DNA of 64,000 nt from Dicyema japonicum (taxonomy: Eukaryota; Animalia; Dicyemida): positions 248,001 through 312,000 of the forward strand of contig RDEW01000052.1 in assembly GCA_011109175.1 (NCBI GenBank), given 5' to 3'. Numbering within the stretch: the stretch's first letter is position 1; every line of letters starts with the position of its first letter. Positions 1-13,438 of this stretch are shown here, in pieces. A program made the position numbers and the translations under genes. The notes beneath the pieces are model-generated. The model was not told the DNA's origin, made no database searches, and saw only the letters and a list, made by a program, of their open reading frames with translations.

Positions 1-369
1 CATTATTGGAAATGTCTTGTAAATCTAAATTTGACATGAGAATTAGACCAAAAACGTTAATTAGAATCCGACACGAAACACGCCCACAATAATTTATTAT
101 GAAAAAATAATAATCAAATTTTAATAAACATTATTTTATTTTTAAATTTAAAATAAACGGCACGTAATGGATTTTAGTCAGGACATCTTGAGAACGCTGT
201 TTTATAATCAAACTACATTTTCCAGCCTTAAAATGACTAAAAAAAGTTTTTTTCCGTACTTATTTTTTGGTAGATATACTCTCTCCTTAAAAGCTGGGCT
301 GTTATAATTTTTTACTTCATCATAACTTTCCGACTTGCACGAAGTCTTAATCAAATATGAGGCTATAGA

Positions 370-830
370 GGATTCTAACGTTCAATCATTTAATGTCAGA
401 GGATTGAAACATAATCTAACCACTATTGAAAGTTGGATTTTTTTCTCTTAATTAGAATATTTGAAATTTGTTTGTTTCTGTGATAATAATACTGGACTTT
501 AAGTATAACATATTACCTACGGGTCCACCCAGTCAAGGCACACATTTTATATAATAAAGGACAGTTATGATGATTAATCGTAGAGGGAGAAACAAGAATG
601 CCCTTCACTTCTTTTTCTTTTTGTTGATGAATCTTTATGGTCGATACAGTTCCGTAGTGAAATGTCACTGAGGACAGTATCACTTGTCAAGCCATAATAT
701 TTCCTGTGGTAGTGCTAATAATATCTGTAGCTATCAGACAACTTGGCAATATTTCTACGCGATAACTAGGGCAACCACCAGTATGACCTAAATATGATTG
801 AAATATTACCTTAAAAATATAACTTTTAAG
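370..830 (+). mobile_element. Heavily decayed APE-endonuclease LINE fragment
   Basis: Translation near 385-440 gives SFNVRGLKHNLTTIESWIF, resembling the APE N-terminal (F/W)NVRGL motif. The rest has many stops; boundaries approximate. Confidence 0.4.
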
Positions 831-899
831 ACCTTAAAAATTAAATATGAATTAATTTTGTGCAGTAATGTTTTTAACTTAATTTTATTAAAATTTATT

Positions 900-1250
900 G
901 AAATGAACTTTCGGTGCTCTATGAATGCCAAGTGAAGATTATTCAGTGGATTTGACATGGGATGGAGTAGTCTCAAGATGCTTCAAAAATCATATGGATA
1001 AATTATCTATTTAAGAATCAACGAGACTTACATCTGTTCTGTTCTGAAGAGAACGGTCGAAAGTATGCTCATTGAACATAAGCATGGGATGAAGGTATAC
1101 GATGAAGAGTATGCCTCTGCTACCTCTCAACTTGTGCAACTGGCATGCCGTGAGGACAGCCCTCTGGACTCTGACGGAGATATTTTGACTGATCTGATGT
1201 GGAGATGGAGAGTAACAGGGAGTTTATGACAGACTCTTCTTTTAAGAGAA
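900..1250 (+). mobile_element. 3' fragment of a diverged R4-clade RLE retrotransposon (second subfamily)
   Basis: Frameshifted translation ELSVLYECQVKII..LTWDGVVSRCFKNHMDKL...VLKRTVESMLIEHKHG is homologous to the C-terminus of the copy at 11363-12035 (LGCKVLVIPIVMTWEGIATKYHK...VLKRTLETLTLEY). Confidence 0.7.
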
Positions 1251-3479
1251 GAGGGATTACCAACAATCTGGATCAAAATCCGCCTAATTAGTTAACTTAC
1301 TCGTTATAAAAAATATAAAATTTATTATTTGAAATTAAGCATCAAAAAACTTTTAACGTGTTCACCATTAAAGTTTCTATCCCTTTCGAGCATTTTATTT
1401 AACATGGAAAAAATTAATAAAAGTAACTCATAAAAGCGTAAGTTACAGAGATCTGCGAGGTGCTACAGCGATAAATATACACGATGTCGAGTCTTTCTAT
1501 TGATCTTTACCAAAGTTAGATGGAAACTCGAGTTATACAAGAAATATTAACAAACTAATAATAACTTCTTTTCCCTCCAATTGTCTTATGATTGATCGAG
1601 TATTTCTTTCATCATTTGTATACGCGTGGTTCTATCAGCCATCTCACTGTCGGCTGTCTCAACTCTTTCTGGTATCACTGATCCGCTATCAATGATATAA
1701 TATCACGTGGTTTTTAACTAATGAACGTACTAACCATTACGGATATATTGCCTAGCCTTGGCTCACTTCATGAAGCTATCTCCGCTTGCAGGGTCTCAGA
1801 GCTGTGCAGTGATTGCGTTTCAGATATCAGCATTTAGCCAAAGTCGCACGTATCAAGAAGGTTCAATGTTAATTAAGACGAATCGAAATCAATCTCTAAG
1901 AGCTAAGATTTCTTAGTTTCTTCAGTAAGTCAATATTTGGATGCTCTTGTTGGTAGATGATGCTGATGAAGCAAGCGTATATTAAGATGTATCTATTCTG
2001 AGTCATACAATGACGTGAACACTTTACATGCACCCTCCATCCAGAGTGCCAAAGTCATTTGTTAAGAGTTACAACAACAACTTTATTGAAAATTTGGAGT
2101 TAATCAGAAGGAATAGTATCGTAATCATGCCTTATTGGTTTTGATAATTATCAAGGCCCCTCTTTGAATCGTGTTTGTGCGGTCATGGCCCGACGCGTTG
2201 TCTTTACATTTACTAATAGGTGTCTCTACTTCCAAGATGACTGCTTCATACATTATCTTAAGCTCTTGATCAGATTATCTGGTTAGATCGCGAAGGAACA
2301 GATTAATACCGTAGATATCTACGGGTCGATTAAGATTGACGTATCTGTAATTTAAAAAAATCAACTGCAAGCAAACCACATATTAATAATTATCAAGAAA
2401 GACCTTAAGGAAATTCATAACGCTAGAAGATTAACTATACTATTAACACGTGATCTATATAGTCTTTTTTGTAACAAAATCTATAAATTTAGGAACCATT
2501 AGCCTAAATCCGAGGATATTCTAAGTTCGCCTATAAAGGAATGGAAACGCCGAAGAATACCTTTAGCCCACCTTTAATTTCCTGTCCGTAGTGAATAGGG
2601 TACACTGAGACTTGAATGCAAACACAGTCAGCAAATTCACGGATAGTCAGTGACACCTGATTGTGATATGGCTGTAGCTACTCAAACTATGATCTTCGAT
2701 GTGGTGCATCAAGACAAATTATCCTTGTTTCTTATTGCTCAAAGCTGGATTGACAAGTTTTGGCATACTTGATTGTTTTCTTTTGTATTATCTAGTCTAT
2801 TAATGTTACAAAAGACTAGACGACAGGGATCTGTAATAAAGCGTGAAACATTTTGTAAGACTATCTTATTAAACCGATTAGCTTTTGCATGTCTGCTTTA
2901 AACAACTACTCTGAGAAAAATAATTCTCGAGAGTATTGCGCTAAAGATGTCAATGTTTAGTTAAGCGGTCAGAAGAAGAATGCCAAGATCCATGCTGAAA
3001 TGTCGCAAGTGATTTGTGCTAGGAATCTTTGGAATTGCTTCCGAGTCGCCTATTTATTATCTCCGAATCCTTTTTAAGTGAAGAAAACAGATGGCTAACA
3101 GCAAAGTAACTATCAAAAAGTTGATGTTTAGGAGATCTGTCAGTGCATCTGGTGTGGTGAAGAATGAATATTAACAAAATCAGGAAATAACAAGCTAAAA
3201 CACCAATTTAAAAAGATGACGAACAAATGGCTAAAATTGTAATGTATAAGGATGAGACGCAGATGTTTAAAGCAGTCCAACTAATAAATAGAAAAAAAAC
3301 GATGACAGTAATGAGAAAACATCCGAAATGGTTACAAAATTGAAAAAAAAACCTCTTACTTCGTTAAAGAGTGATTTGATAAATATTATTAATCATAAAA
3401 TAAAATCTCTTACTTTTTTTACATTTATGTGGTTTAAAATAAAAGATTTTAGAATGAAAAAACAATAACCCCTGTTCGG

Positions 3480-3830
3480 GGCACGCCTGCTTAGTAGTTA
3501 GTTTAATATTACCGAAGTCATTCGAATTTTTCATTTACTTAAATGAATTAAGAGATCGCGGTATTTTCCAACAGTCTTTAAAACAAACCATCCGACTTTC
3601 TTGCTACTCGATTTTGTAAACCCTGAGCAAATTTACTAGACTTTGATTCTCACGCTTTCGTGGAATACCGAGAACTACCCTCCCTGTCGTTTTACAAAAC
3701 GATTTGAAAACCGTGAAAAAAACATTGGCATCTGGTGACGATCTGGACTCACTGCGGGACCTAGCTAAGAGCAAAGAGCTTGGAGCATCCTAACTAATTC
3801 TCTTATATTTTTTGCTGTAAATATTATGGC
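3480..3830 (+). mobile_element. RTE-clade LINE 3' remnant
   Basis: KTLASGDDLDSLRDLAKSK matches the RTE C-terminal motif seen at 45390-45450 (KTGDDLGELRSLAFDRGKWKRLT). Confidence 0.6.
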
Positions 3831-4093
3831 TATCATGAAAGTGCGAATAAGAATAATAAACTCGCCATCTAAGACAAAGAACCGATTAATTCGTGTCCTG
3901 TGCAAGGAATTAGGGACATGCATTCTTTCAGAAAGGTTCGTTTTTAAAAATATTATTGATTAGTATAGACAGTTGTCATTGCTGCGAACGATGATAATTC
4001 CTAGACTTTCATAGAACCAACCATTACATTTCCTGAAAAATAATTAATTTTTCTATTTTAGTTATTAATTTTTTAATTTGTGATATTGATCGT

Positions 4094-4315
4094 TAATAAT
4101 AATAACAGCCTTTTCACGAGAGCCATGATATTTTAACTCTGCATAGGACAGACACACACTTTATTTAAGTAAAGACAGTTAATTTTAACTAATCGTATAA
4201 CCAAGGAATGATCTTCAATTTTTTTCTTTTTCTTGTGCTTTTACTTTTTAGACTATCAATTTCCTGAGTGATTATCCACTGATGACGGCATAGTAGAGTA
4301 GATGCGTAGAACCTT
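4094..4315 (-). mobile_element. 5'-truncated copy of the tRNA-derived SINE
   Basis: Aligns by eye to 27790-28040, including the (TTA)n tail and GACACACACTTTATTTAAGTAAAG; lacks the tRNA-like head. Confidence 0.7.
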
Positions 4316-4329
4316 TAGATCACCCTTTG

Positions 4330-4800
4330 CCACATTCCGATTTGCTTTAGACTAACCATGCAATCATCGATGCATTGAAGCACAAAAGAAAGTTCTTCAG
4401 GTGAAGTAGGCTGGTCCTTGTGTTTTTGAAGATCGTTTAAAGTCGTTAAAATGTCCGTTTGTGAAAGTGGCAATTTCCCTCATTTGTCGGCGAGTTGAGA
4501 AAACAACCAAAGTGGATGCTTGCCATTTAGGTCCCACAGATGATGATTTCATCGAAGGTAGTCAATCTTGAAAGATTTGGAATATCATATCTCTTGGAGT
4601 ATGAGACAGGAAGAAAAATATAGATGTTCATAATAAATTGACTTCCATTTGTTGTAACCAATGAGAGAACGATTACTTCAGTAACCTCATTATCCCCAAT
4701 TCATTGTTTCACCTCTGAAGTGATGTCCTTGCATTTCAGTTTCTTTCTGAATAGAGTAAGTAGGTGCGTTATGGAATTTTTCAGGGAATTCATCTGGACT
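4330..4800 (-). mobile_element. Decayed APE-domain LINE fragment
   Basis: Minus-strand remnants NIYIFLP and IICG(D)LNGKHPLW resemble APE motifs. Confidence 0.45.
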
Positions 4801-5008
4801 TCTTAGAAGCACCTCGACGGAAGTCGACGATGACCCCGGGAAGAGAAAGTCTAATATTTGAGCACATATAATCGTAAAATAGCGAAATTAAAAAATACTG
4901 AAAAATAATTTGAATATTTTTTATCGTACAAAATTCGTTAAAATATGACAACTTTATTTTAATGGTAATTTGTCCACCATGTCACTAATAGTAACTGAAC
5001 TAATTAAG

Positions 5009-5196
5009 TAATAATAATCACACGAGAGACCAAGGTTACAAAAACTAACTAATAACGTGACCCAACCAGCTCTGGAGGGACTCCATTTTGGACCGATGCT
5101 CCTCCCACGACCCCACACACTCACGTATCGGTCGAGTGATAAAACCTTCGCAGTGAGACAGCGCGTTCCATAGTTCATTCATATCTAGGCTTCAAG
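5009..5196 (-). mobile_element. LINE-like 3' end with (TTA)n tail; second copy at 34522-34830
   Basis: Repeated sequence (CACGTATCGGTCGAGTGA...ATCTAGGCTTCAAG) ends in a TAA/TTA microsatellite tail in both copies. Confidence 0.6.
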
Positions 5197-6423
5197 AACT
5201 AATTAGGTTATACCGTGATAACAAATATGTTAAATAGAAATCAAAATAAAATATAATAAAAAACAATAAAAGCAGAGTGGATTAGTAATATGAATTAAAA
5301 ATCTCGATTCCGTATCCACTAACTATGGACTTGGTTTTTACAGTCCACAGGGAAATATGACCAAATATAAGCACAGTATGGATCAATATAAAAATTTATC
5401 ATCACGTCCGAAAAATAGTAATAGAGGACTTTTGAAGTGTGGGGAGTTTGAAGAAACCTTAAATCATAAGAGAAAAAATGCCCGTTCGCAGATGCGAGAG
5501 AAAAATTACTGTTGTTGCAGATAGATTAACTGACGAATATCAATAATTTTTTAGAAAACAATAACATCTCACAGGACTCAGAACAACCAACAACATAGAT
5601 ATCCCAATCTGTTTTTTCGTTAGAGAGAACAAATCAAATGTCTCTCTTCTATGACATTAGAAGCGACTATAACCTAATTTTGAAGATGAAAAAAATGATT
5701 AAAACAGATCGTTTCCCGTAGATCTATTAACGATCTGAGAAATACTTCAGAGACTTCAGATAGTCTATTAAGGTAAATATTACCAAGTGATTTATGTAAA
5801 TGGTATTTGATTTTATATAAAATACGTTAATGAGTCATCCAAATAAAGTAATGTTTCTAAATTAACCAATTCTGACATTGGAAAATATTTTTTTGTAAAA
5901 TAATCATAACGTGCTATGTCGAAAAACGACTATCAATGATATCTGCTTTCTCACAAGAAAATTAACATTATTGTTCAAGATTTTTCTTGGCTCCCTTATA
6001 TCGCACTAAAAATCAAGAATGATTCTGCACTGTTTTTAGCATTCTTACCCTTCTTGACGTGCGTACTATCCATTATTTCTGCTGAAGTCTGAGATATTAA
6101 TGCGTAAAGTCTGAGAAATTAGTTGGTCTGACCCACTGAATGTAATTCTCGTATGTTTCGAAGGGTCATTCATGTCAGTGAGAGGACCACTATGCGATAA
6201 CAGTACTTTCCCATCTAAAATCGAAAGGTTGGCTTATCAGTCATAGAAGGTATTGGAACATTCCTGACATCTTCACGGTGATTTCGCACTTATATATAAA
6301 TAATAGAACATTGCTGAGTACAAAAAATTATTTTTTTCATAAAAAAATATTATTAAAAATTATGTAATTCAAATAAAAAAATAAAAAAAATTTATAGGTC
6401 ATACAATATAATCAACTTATTAA

Positions 6424-8953
6424 ATGGAAACGCCTTCATTATACGCGTTATGCATTAACAATATTCGAGCAAACTTTAATGAACAAAAATATACAAAATT
6501 AAACAACAAGTCTAAAAAAATGTTTTCTAAAAGAATACTTAATGAACTGAAATATTTGATTTCACGACATGAGAAAGATTTATTTCTTCAACATTCGAAT
6601 TTATATAGGATTCCTGATGTAGTTAAGAAAGACGTTTTTTACTTTGAATTGACTCGTGAAGATGTTGAAGTTAAGGACGTTGTTAAGATGATTCAAGTTT
6701 ATCCAGATTTAACAAATATTACACTAAGAAGGATTGTTTCATCAGAAAAGAATCCTTTACTGCCATTTTTACAGAATGAGGTCAAATCATTTTCACTCTG
6801 GTTTTATGATGACCCAAATTTGCTACATCAACTATTCATGACTGGATTTAAAAAATTGAAATATATGTCCCTCTTGTAGTAAATCGCACAACGACTATTT
6901 ATAACAGAACACTAAATATAATAGAAAAACTGGAACGCATAAATTTTCACGACGTCATAATTTCAAATTTTAAAGAATTTATTAAAAACTTAAACAATCC
7001 AGAGTCTTTGAGGTTGATTTTATCTAAATTTAGACATTTCATACATACAAGTGATGGAGAAATAAATGGATATGATTGTAATTTCATTTCTCTTTTCGAA
7101 AAAGCCAAGAATCTTACTTACGTGAATTTATCTGGATATTTAATTAAAAGAAAAATACTAAAAAAGTTAACAAAGTTATTGATTTGAATAATTCTAGCCA
7201 AATCAGAAAAATGGGATTTAAAAAATTTCACCATCGTAAATTTTACATTTCAGTAAAAATATAAGCAATTCTGTATATTTTATAAAAATGCAGAATGACG
7301 AGCAATCAATTATAATAATTATGTTATTTCTGTTTTACATTTCGATAATAAGACAAACTATTGAGAAACACCATTGATTACATTTGTTATTATGCAAATG
7401 AATGAAAATTTAATAAAACCATTTTTGAAAGTATTTTTGAAAATAGATATTTAGTTTGCATCTGTATGTAGATTATGATTTGATTTTCAAGATATCTTAA
7501 TGTATTTTAATTTTTACTTGAGGGGAATTTTAAAGAAAATAAGCAACAGCACTGATTCTTATGCTATTATTTGGTATGAGTATATTTCACCAATAGTTTT
7601 ATTTTTGATATTTTTCTTGAGATTTTTTTGAATATATATAAAATAGAAGTATTACTGTGATATTTGATTTTTAGGCGTTTGATCTTTTCGACGATTTTAA
7701 ACCATGGGAGATATCAATTTTTGTTTGTTAATTCTTATTTTAGCTTCCTGCACTTACACTTATGTTAATGAAACCTCATCACCATTATCAAATATTCTGT
7801 GATTTAAATCAATCGTAAAAAATATGAGTATGGATCTTCTAGCCTATGTTGCTATTCAGAAGGACTTATCAAAGTTCATATAAAAAATAATTTTAGTTAT
7901 GTGTTGAACATTTTAAAACAGAAGACTTTCATGATACTCTTAAATTTGATTTGTTGAGCGTTCTTCTTGGTATTCTTAATATATTTGTTAGACGAAAATG
8001 AAAAGAATATGAATTTGTTTCGAGATTATAGTGGAATTTATTATATTTATTATTTTTTTGAAAATTATTCTGCATCCGATCCTGATTACGATTATATATT
8101 AGTTCCCGTCATTAAAATTATCCATTATATAGCTAAATGCCCAAATTCCAGATATTTGCTAAGAAGGTATGGTCTAATAAATTTTATATTGTAAATTTGT
8201 TGTTTTATGGAATATGGACATTGATCACGCTAACTGTTCTAGTGATGTAGTCTATTCCATATTGAGTTGTATCTGCCAGATATTAACTGATCCAAATGAT
8301 TTTTTACCTATTTTTATGAATTCTGATTTTAGCGATTTGAATCCATGTGAACCCATTCTTAATAAATTTGCTCTTTTTATAAAATCTTACTTGGCGTGAC
8401 GAACCTGATTACGATCTTAGGTTATTTCCTAATTTCTATATTAAGAACTATTACTTCTAAGATAAATTTATTAAACGTGAACACAGATGAACGAATTTGG
8501 CTATGGGCTATTTGGGAATGCGCTGAACTAGCAGGCAGATATGTTATATTTTATTTTATAATAGATCCTGAGATTATGGACATATTTATTTCTAATAACA
8601 TTTTATGAAAATTGATAATGTATGCTTACAATCCAATATGAAGGAGATTCATTACTTGCTCAGGTTTTCAAGAACTTACAATGTTGTTATTTTTATAATT
8701 TAGTTTACATAAATCGGCAGTAAAATCAATTCATATCGAGTGATCCGTTAATTAATGATATTAATAATAAATTAAATTAATTAAATTATTCCTTAAATCA
8801 GATTTAACTGAAACTAATTGGTTGCTTTAAGGCTCAACTAGAACCATTATCCGAGTAGTGATCCAAGGATATTGTCCAAATACTGAAATCTATGCTTGAA
8901 CTTTTCGCCAGTGAGCAATCGTCTCTTAGTATGGATCTCTTTGAATTCCGGTA
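6424..8953 (+). CDS. Intron-rich host gene or pseudogene: BC-box-like N-terminus, LRR-like middle, ARM-like C-terminus (ZYG-11/ZER1-like architecture, tentative)
   Basis: N-terminal PSLYALC; LRR-like KNLTYVNLSG; ARM-like WLWAIWECAE. Around 7650-7990 the frame is restored by consecutive GT-AG introns of 21-28 nt. I could not close the 6880-7650 segment cleanly. Confidence 0.5.
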
Positions 8954-9129
8954 ATGGGTATACCTTCTCTTTGTAAGTTGGAACCAATTAAATAGTTAGA
9001 TGGGAATTGAATTACTGACGAGCTTCTACTGCTTATAAAATTAATTGGAAAGTTAGTTATTTTCTAAAAGCACTTAGAAAAAGCTTAACCACGACTTTTA
9101 AACAAATTATCGAGACACGTTCTGAGCCT

Positions 9130-10150
9130 ATCCTCTCTATCGCCTTGAGCGTTTCTTTAATATGTCAACCTATGTTAACTATAAATGACTTTCTTGAAGA
9201 CAGAATAGGGGTCATATCGACTTGGTGGCGAATGAGGTCAGGAGCTTTGTAGAAGCAGTTAGGTACTGTGCGAAATTGTCAAGGGGCAAAAGAGCAGACT
9301 TTGATCAACAAATGCTTTTCTGTATCTCACGGAAACTCACATTTGTGGATGTGAAGAAGTCTTACGATTAAGTTGATCATTCTTAACTTGTCGAGTGCCT
9401 ACACAGTCTGTGTATGCCTGTGTGGTTCATCAGCTTTGTAATGGCGATGATGAATAGGTGGAGTATTTATCTGAACTATAATAGGCACCGGATAGGCGAG
9501 GTAAAACTCAAGAGGGGGATCCTTCAGGGATAGCATGTCTCCACTACTCTTTGTTCTCTGTTTGGAGCCATTGAGTCGCCGCCTCAATGACCGGTTTAGC
9601 AATACCAGTTCATTGTGAAGAATTTTTGTTTAAATACAAATCACCTTCTTTTTATCGATGATCTGAAGATGTATGCTCTAACAGCCGAGGAGCTCTACTC
9701 CATGGGAGTCTGTTCCAGTGAATTCTTTGAGAGTAGAGGACTAGATTTGAATTATTCAAATTCTGAGACTAACACGCAAGTATATAGCGAGTTAGTAAGA
9801 GTCCTAGAGGAACACGAAGGATCTAAATATCGGGTGTTACCGATACCCCAAAGTCCCTTATAAATCCTGAGACAAAGCAACAAATTACTGAAAGCGTTCG
9901 TATAAAAGCAGCGTTGTTATGTATGACGTCTCTAATTTCAAGGAATTTGTTCCTAACATTAATGAGAATGTGGAGGCAGAGCGCGGAGATGACATATGGG
10001 CAGAGGGTTTTATTGGACAAGGCGCTCTCAGAGTTGTTTCAGCAACTAGAATCGAACCTGCCTGAGGGGGCTTGCGAACAGGCAGGCGCAGAAGGTTATT
10101 GATTATTAGATATTAACTTTTTATTGTTGGTTAAAATAAAGTGGGTTTTT
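9130..10150 (+). mobile_element. R4-clade RLE retrotransposon copy 1 (RT core, internal deletion joined to C-terminus)
   Basis: Near-identical to the reverse complement of 17500-19672 (CQGAKEQ, ILQGDSMSP, LLFIDDLK). It jumps at about 9970 from the RT thumb to the last codons and 3' UTR. Confidence 0.9.
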
Positions 10151-10502
10151 GTTTTAAAAAATACATAAATATTATGTCACGTGGTCGAGGCTAATAAAAT
10201 TACAAAATTTTCTATAGCAGAATCAACTTAAATATACCAAATAAGTTTAACTTTGATATTAAAAATTCTGTGAGTGCAAAAATTGAGATCCAAATTAAAA
10301 AATTAACCACCAAATGTCACAAAGTAATAGTATCTTCGTGCTAAAAATAAATTTTATTTTGGTTAAAAAATATAAAATAGTTAAAATCTAATTATTTAAA
10401 TAACTACTAAAATAACAAAAGCGTAACTTTAACCAAAAATATTAAATTTAAGCATTGTTCTTTTAACGAAAATATTAAATTTAAGCCATATACATGAAAC
10501 TT

Positions 10503-11003
10503 TAACTCTAAACAATAACCCTAAACATTTACCATAAACACTGACCCTAATTAAAAACCCTAACATTAACCCCAACCAAAAACCCTAAACACTGACCCTA
10601 ACTAAAAACCCTAAACATTAACCCCAACCAAAAACCCTAAAAACTGACCCTAACTAAAAACCCTAAACATAAACCCTAACCAAAAACCCTAAACACTGAC
10701 CCTAACTAAAAACCCTAAACATTAACCCCAACCAAAAACCCTAAACACTGACCCTAACTAAAAACCCTAAACATTAACCCTAACCAAAAACCCTAAACAC
10801 GACCCTAACTAAAAACCCTAAACATTCAACCCTAACCAAAAACCCTAAACACTGACCCTAACTAAAAACCCTAAACATTAACCCCAACCAAAAACCCTAA
10901 ACATTAACCCTAACCAAAAACCCTAAACACTGACCCTAGCTAAAAACAATAAACATTAACCCTAACCAAAAACCCTAAACAATGACCCTAGGCTCAAAAC
11001 CCT
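10503..11003. repeat. Higher-order satellite of CCCTAA-containing 13-mers (52-bp HOR)
   Basis: Unit AACCCTAAACACT-GACCCTAACTAAA-AACCCTAAACATT-AACCC(C/T)AACCAAA; period 52 seen at 10581 and 10633; about 9-10 units. Confidence 0.95.
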
Positions 11004-11362
11004 CAAAAGTGTAAATTATTAAACATAATGATTAATTAAATTATTTTAGCGTTTTTGATCACTTTAACTGAGAATATTTCATTTCTTTGTTGTTGAGAAA
11101 ACACTTATCTCCCTCAATTTTGATTACGTTATAGATGGTACAGTCAACTCATCGTACAATGGCACTCACCTTCTTTTTTCAATCATCTTTTGTGCTGCTA
11201 CTTTGGTATATATTCGTGCCTCATCCCTTGCTTCATCCACTTCATAAGACAGAAAATTCGACAAATCCTCCGGAATTGCTTCCTGTGGATACTTACATCC
11301 CATAAATATGAAAAATGGCATTTGTTTAGTTGTCTCGTGTATCGAATTGTTGTAATCAAAAN

Positions 11363-12035
11363 GCTCTGCCACGACTATGTGTGGAGGCATAACGAGGTAG
11401 TAAGGAGTCTTCATCTTCTACTATGCAATAAGTATGGTATTCGCCACACTAGAGAGTTGCGGACTCATAAGGTGCAATCTGTAGTAGAGAACACCAGGGT
11501 CCAAATTAAGGTAAACAGTGTTATCCGTACCTCGGTGCTAGTCAAGCACAATAAACAAGACATTGTGGTATACGATAAGGAGTCTGGCCAAGTCCTTATC
11601 ATAGAATTTGGCATCACGTCTCAAGACCGTTTGCAGACTGTGGAGGTTGAGAAAAAAAGGAAGTATGACTTTCTTGCAAACGAGATGGGGCAGATGCTTG
11701 GTTGCAAGGTCCTCGTTATTCCTATAGTAATGACGTGGGAAGGAATTGCAACAAAGTACCACAAGGGTTATCTGAAGCAGTTGGGGGTAGATAGGAAGTT
11801 CCAGGCCTATCTACAGTCCACTGTGTTAAAGCGGACCCTAGAGACCTTGACACTGGAGTATAGGAGGCAGAGCCCTGAGATGCCATATGGGCAGAGGGTT
11901 CATTTTGACAATGCGCTCTCGGAGTTGTTTCAGCAACCAGAATCGAACCTGCCTGAGGAGGCTGGCGAACAGGCAGGCGAGGAAGGTTGTTGATTAATAA
12001 ATATATTAACTTTTTTATTGTTTGTTAAATAAAGA
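11363..12035 (+). mobile_element. R4-clade RLE retrotransposon copy 2 (end of zinc knuckle, RLE domain, 3' UTR)
   Basis: ORF 11190-11993 after the N at 11362: CHDYVWRHNEVV...KQDIVVYDKESGQVLIIEFGIT...KKRKY, the PD-(D/E)xK-type RLE. Confidence 0.9.
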
Positions 12036-12119
12036 TTAAATCCTTATACCGTAAGCATGGAAATTTTTTATTAAACAATAGAAGGCATTGAGATATGAGT
12101 GGTGTCATGTTTTTCTTCT

Positions 12120-12960
12120 CTACTACGGCGACGTTGATGAAAATCTTGGACCAGATCTTACCATAGTTCAAATTAACATTAATGGAATTTGGATGCTTTA
12201 TTGAACAACACTTTCTCGGTTTCCTTCAATGCGATCAACTCCGATCTCGCAAAAATTCATTTCATCGTCCTTTGCGTCCTATTGATTCTGTAACACGAGT
12301 CTTAATTCAAACGAGAAATAATCAAAAGAACTTCCACAGACAGTCAGTGAACATCGGTGAAAGGATATCAACTAACACAACTAAAAACCCTTACAGACCC
12401 TAAGGAAAATACCTCTTCCATTGCATCTCATTTCACCCTTTTTATTGAAGATAGGAGGTACAAGGGTGAACCTTAGTTATATTTGAATTCCCTTTACGAA
12501 ATGCCAATATATCTTTGGTGTCACCTTTGATGCGTTAATGAAGTTCACTCGTCATACTGATAAAGTCATGGCTAGAAGACTTTGAAAGTGAAATATTTTA
12601 AAGGCTATTGTACAGAAGAACCCCCTCCCTTTTGTGACTTGCATCAGCAGATTTTACCATCACATAATTGCTCCAACCATCGAATATTTTTGTCCCGTTT
12701 AGAGATTTGCCCTTTCCTCTTAGAAAATTGAACACAACACTCAATCCAGCGGAAAAAGGATTGGTTACTACTCTCCTTTCAGAGGAGTCGACCAGAAACA
12801 ATGGCCGAGGTTTTTTTGTATTTTTGTAAGGAACATTACAAAAATAGTATATTGAAATATGCATTTATCGTGTAGGCACCTCGTAGGTCCATCCATCTCC
12901 TGCACAAATACAGAGAAGGTCGCACTATCAAGAAAATGGCATAATGGTGGAACAGTGGTT
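12120..12960 (+). mobile_element. Scrambled ingi/I-like LINE remnant
   Basis: LTIVQININGI (APE start) followed by GVTFDALMKFTRH and IAPTIEY (RT thumb) in broken frames. Confidence 0.5.
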
Positions 12961-13229
12961 AAAAAATCCTTATTCATCTAAACAGAACAGTGTTTTCATT
13001 TCATCGCAACCTTGTAGTTCTCAACCTATCTTGGACTTTTATGGTTTTAAGGTAGGTCTCCTTGGGCAGTTGGATCACAGTTTAAGAATGTCAAAAATAA
13101 AAAGAAATCCGTAGACCAGGTAGAGGTGACAGTAATAGTTACTGTGATACTTGGTACTCAAAATCAACGATTTATTTTTATTGATCTTAAAAAACAGTCT
13201 TAAGAATTGGAGATGGTTAATTTGTTGTT

Positions 13230-13405
13230 CAATAAAAGCTTATTATTAGCACTTTCACTAGAGCCATATATATGTGCAGCAGAAAACACAAGAGAAAGAG
13301 TTAGCTTATTCCAGGCTTTTCTGTTCTTAGTCAGATCCCTCAGTGTGTCCAAGTCATCAGCAGATGCTAGTGCTTTCTTTGTGCATTTGTAAAACGACGG
13401 AGGGT
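13230..13405 (-). mobile_element. RTE 3' remnant
   Basis: KALASADDLDTLRDLTKNRKAWNKLT on the minus strand; same family as 3480-3830. Confidence 0.55.
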
Positions 13406-13438
13406 ACTTCTCTGCATATCGGGGGTTAAATTAAATAA

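Noticed and set aside
1300-3400. Moderately GC-richer stretches that might be coding
   Set aside because: No frame on either strand gave a recognisable motif or consistent splice model; probably old TE debris.
10503-11003. CRISPR array or true chromosome end
   Set aside because: There are no unique spacers and the context is eukaryotic. The array is internal and is not pure (TTAGGG)n.
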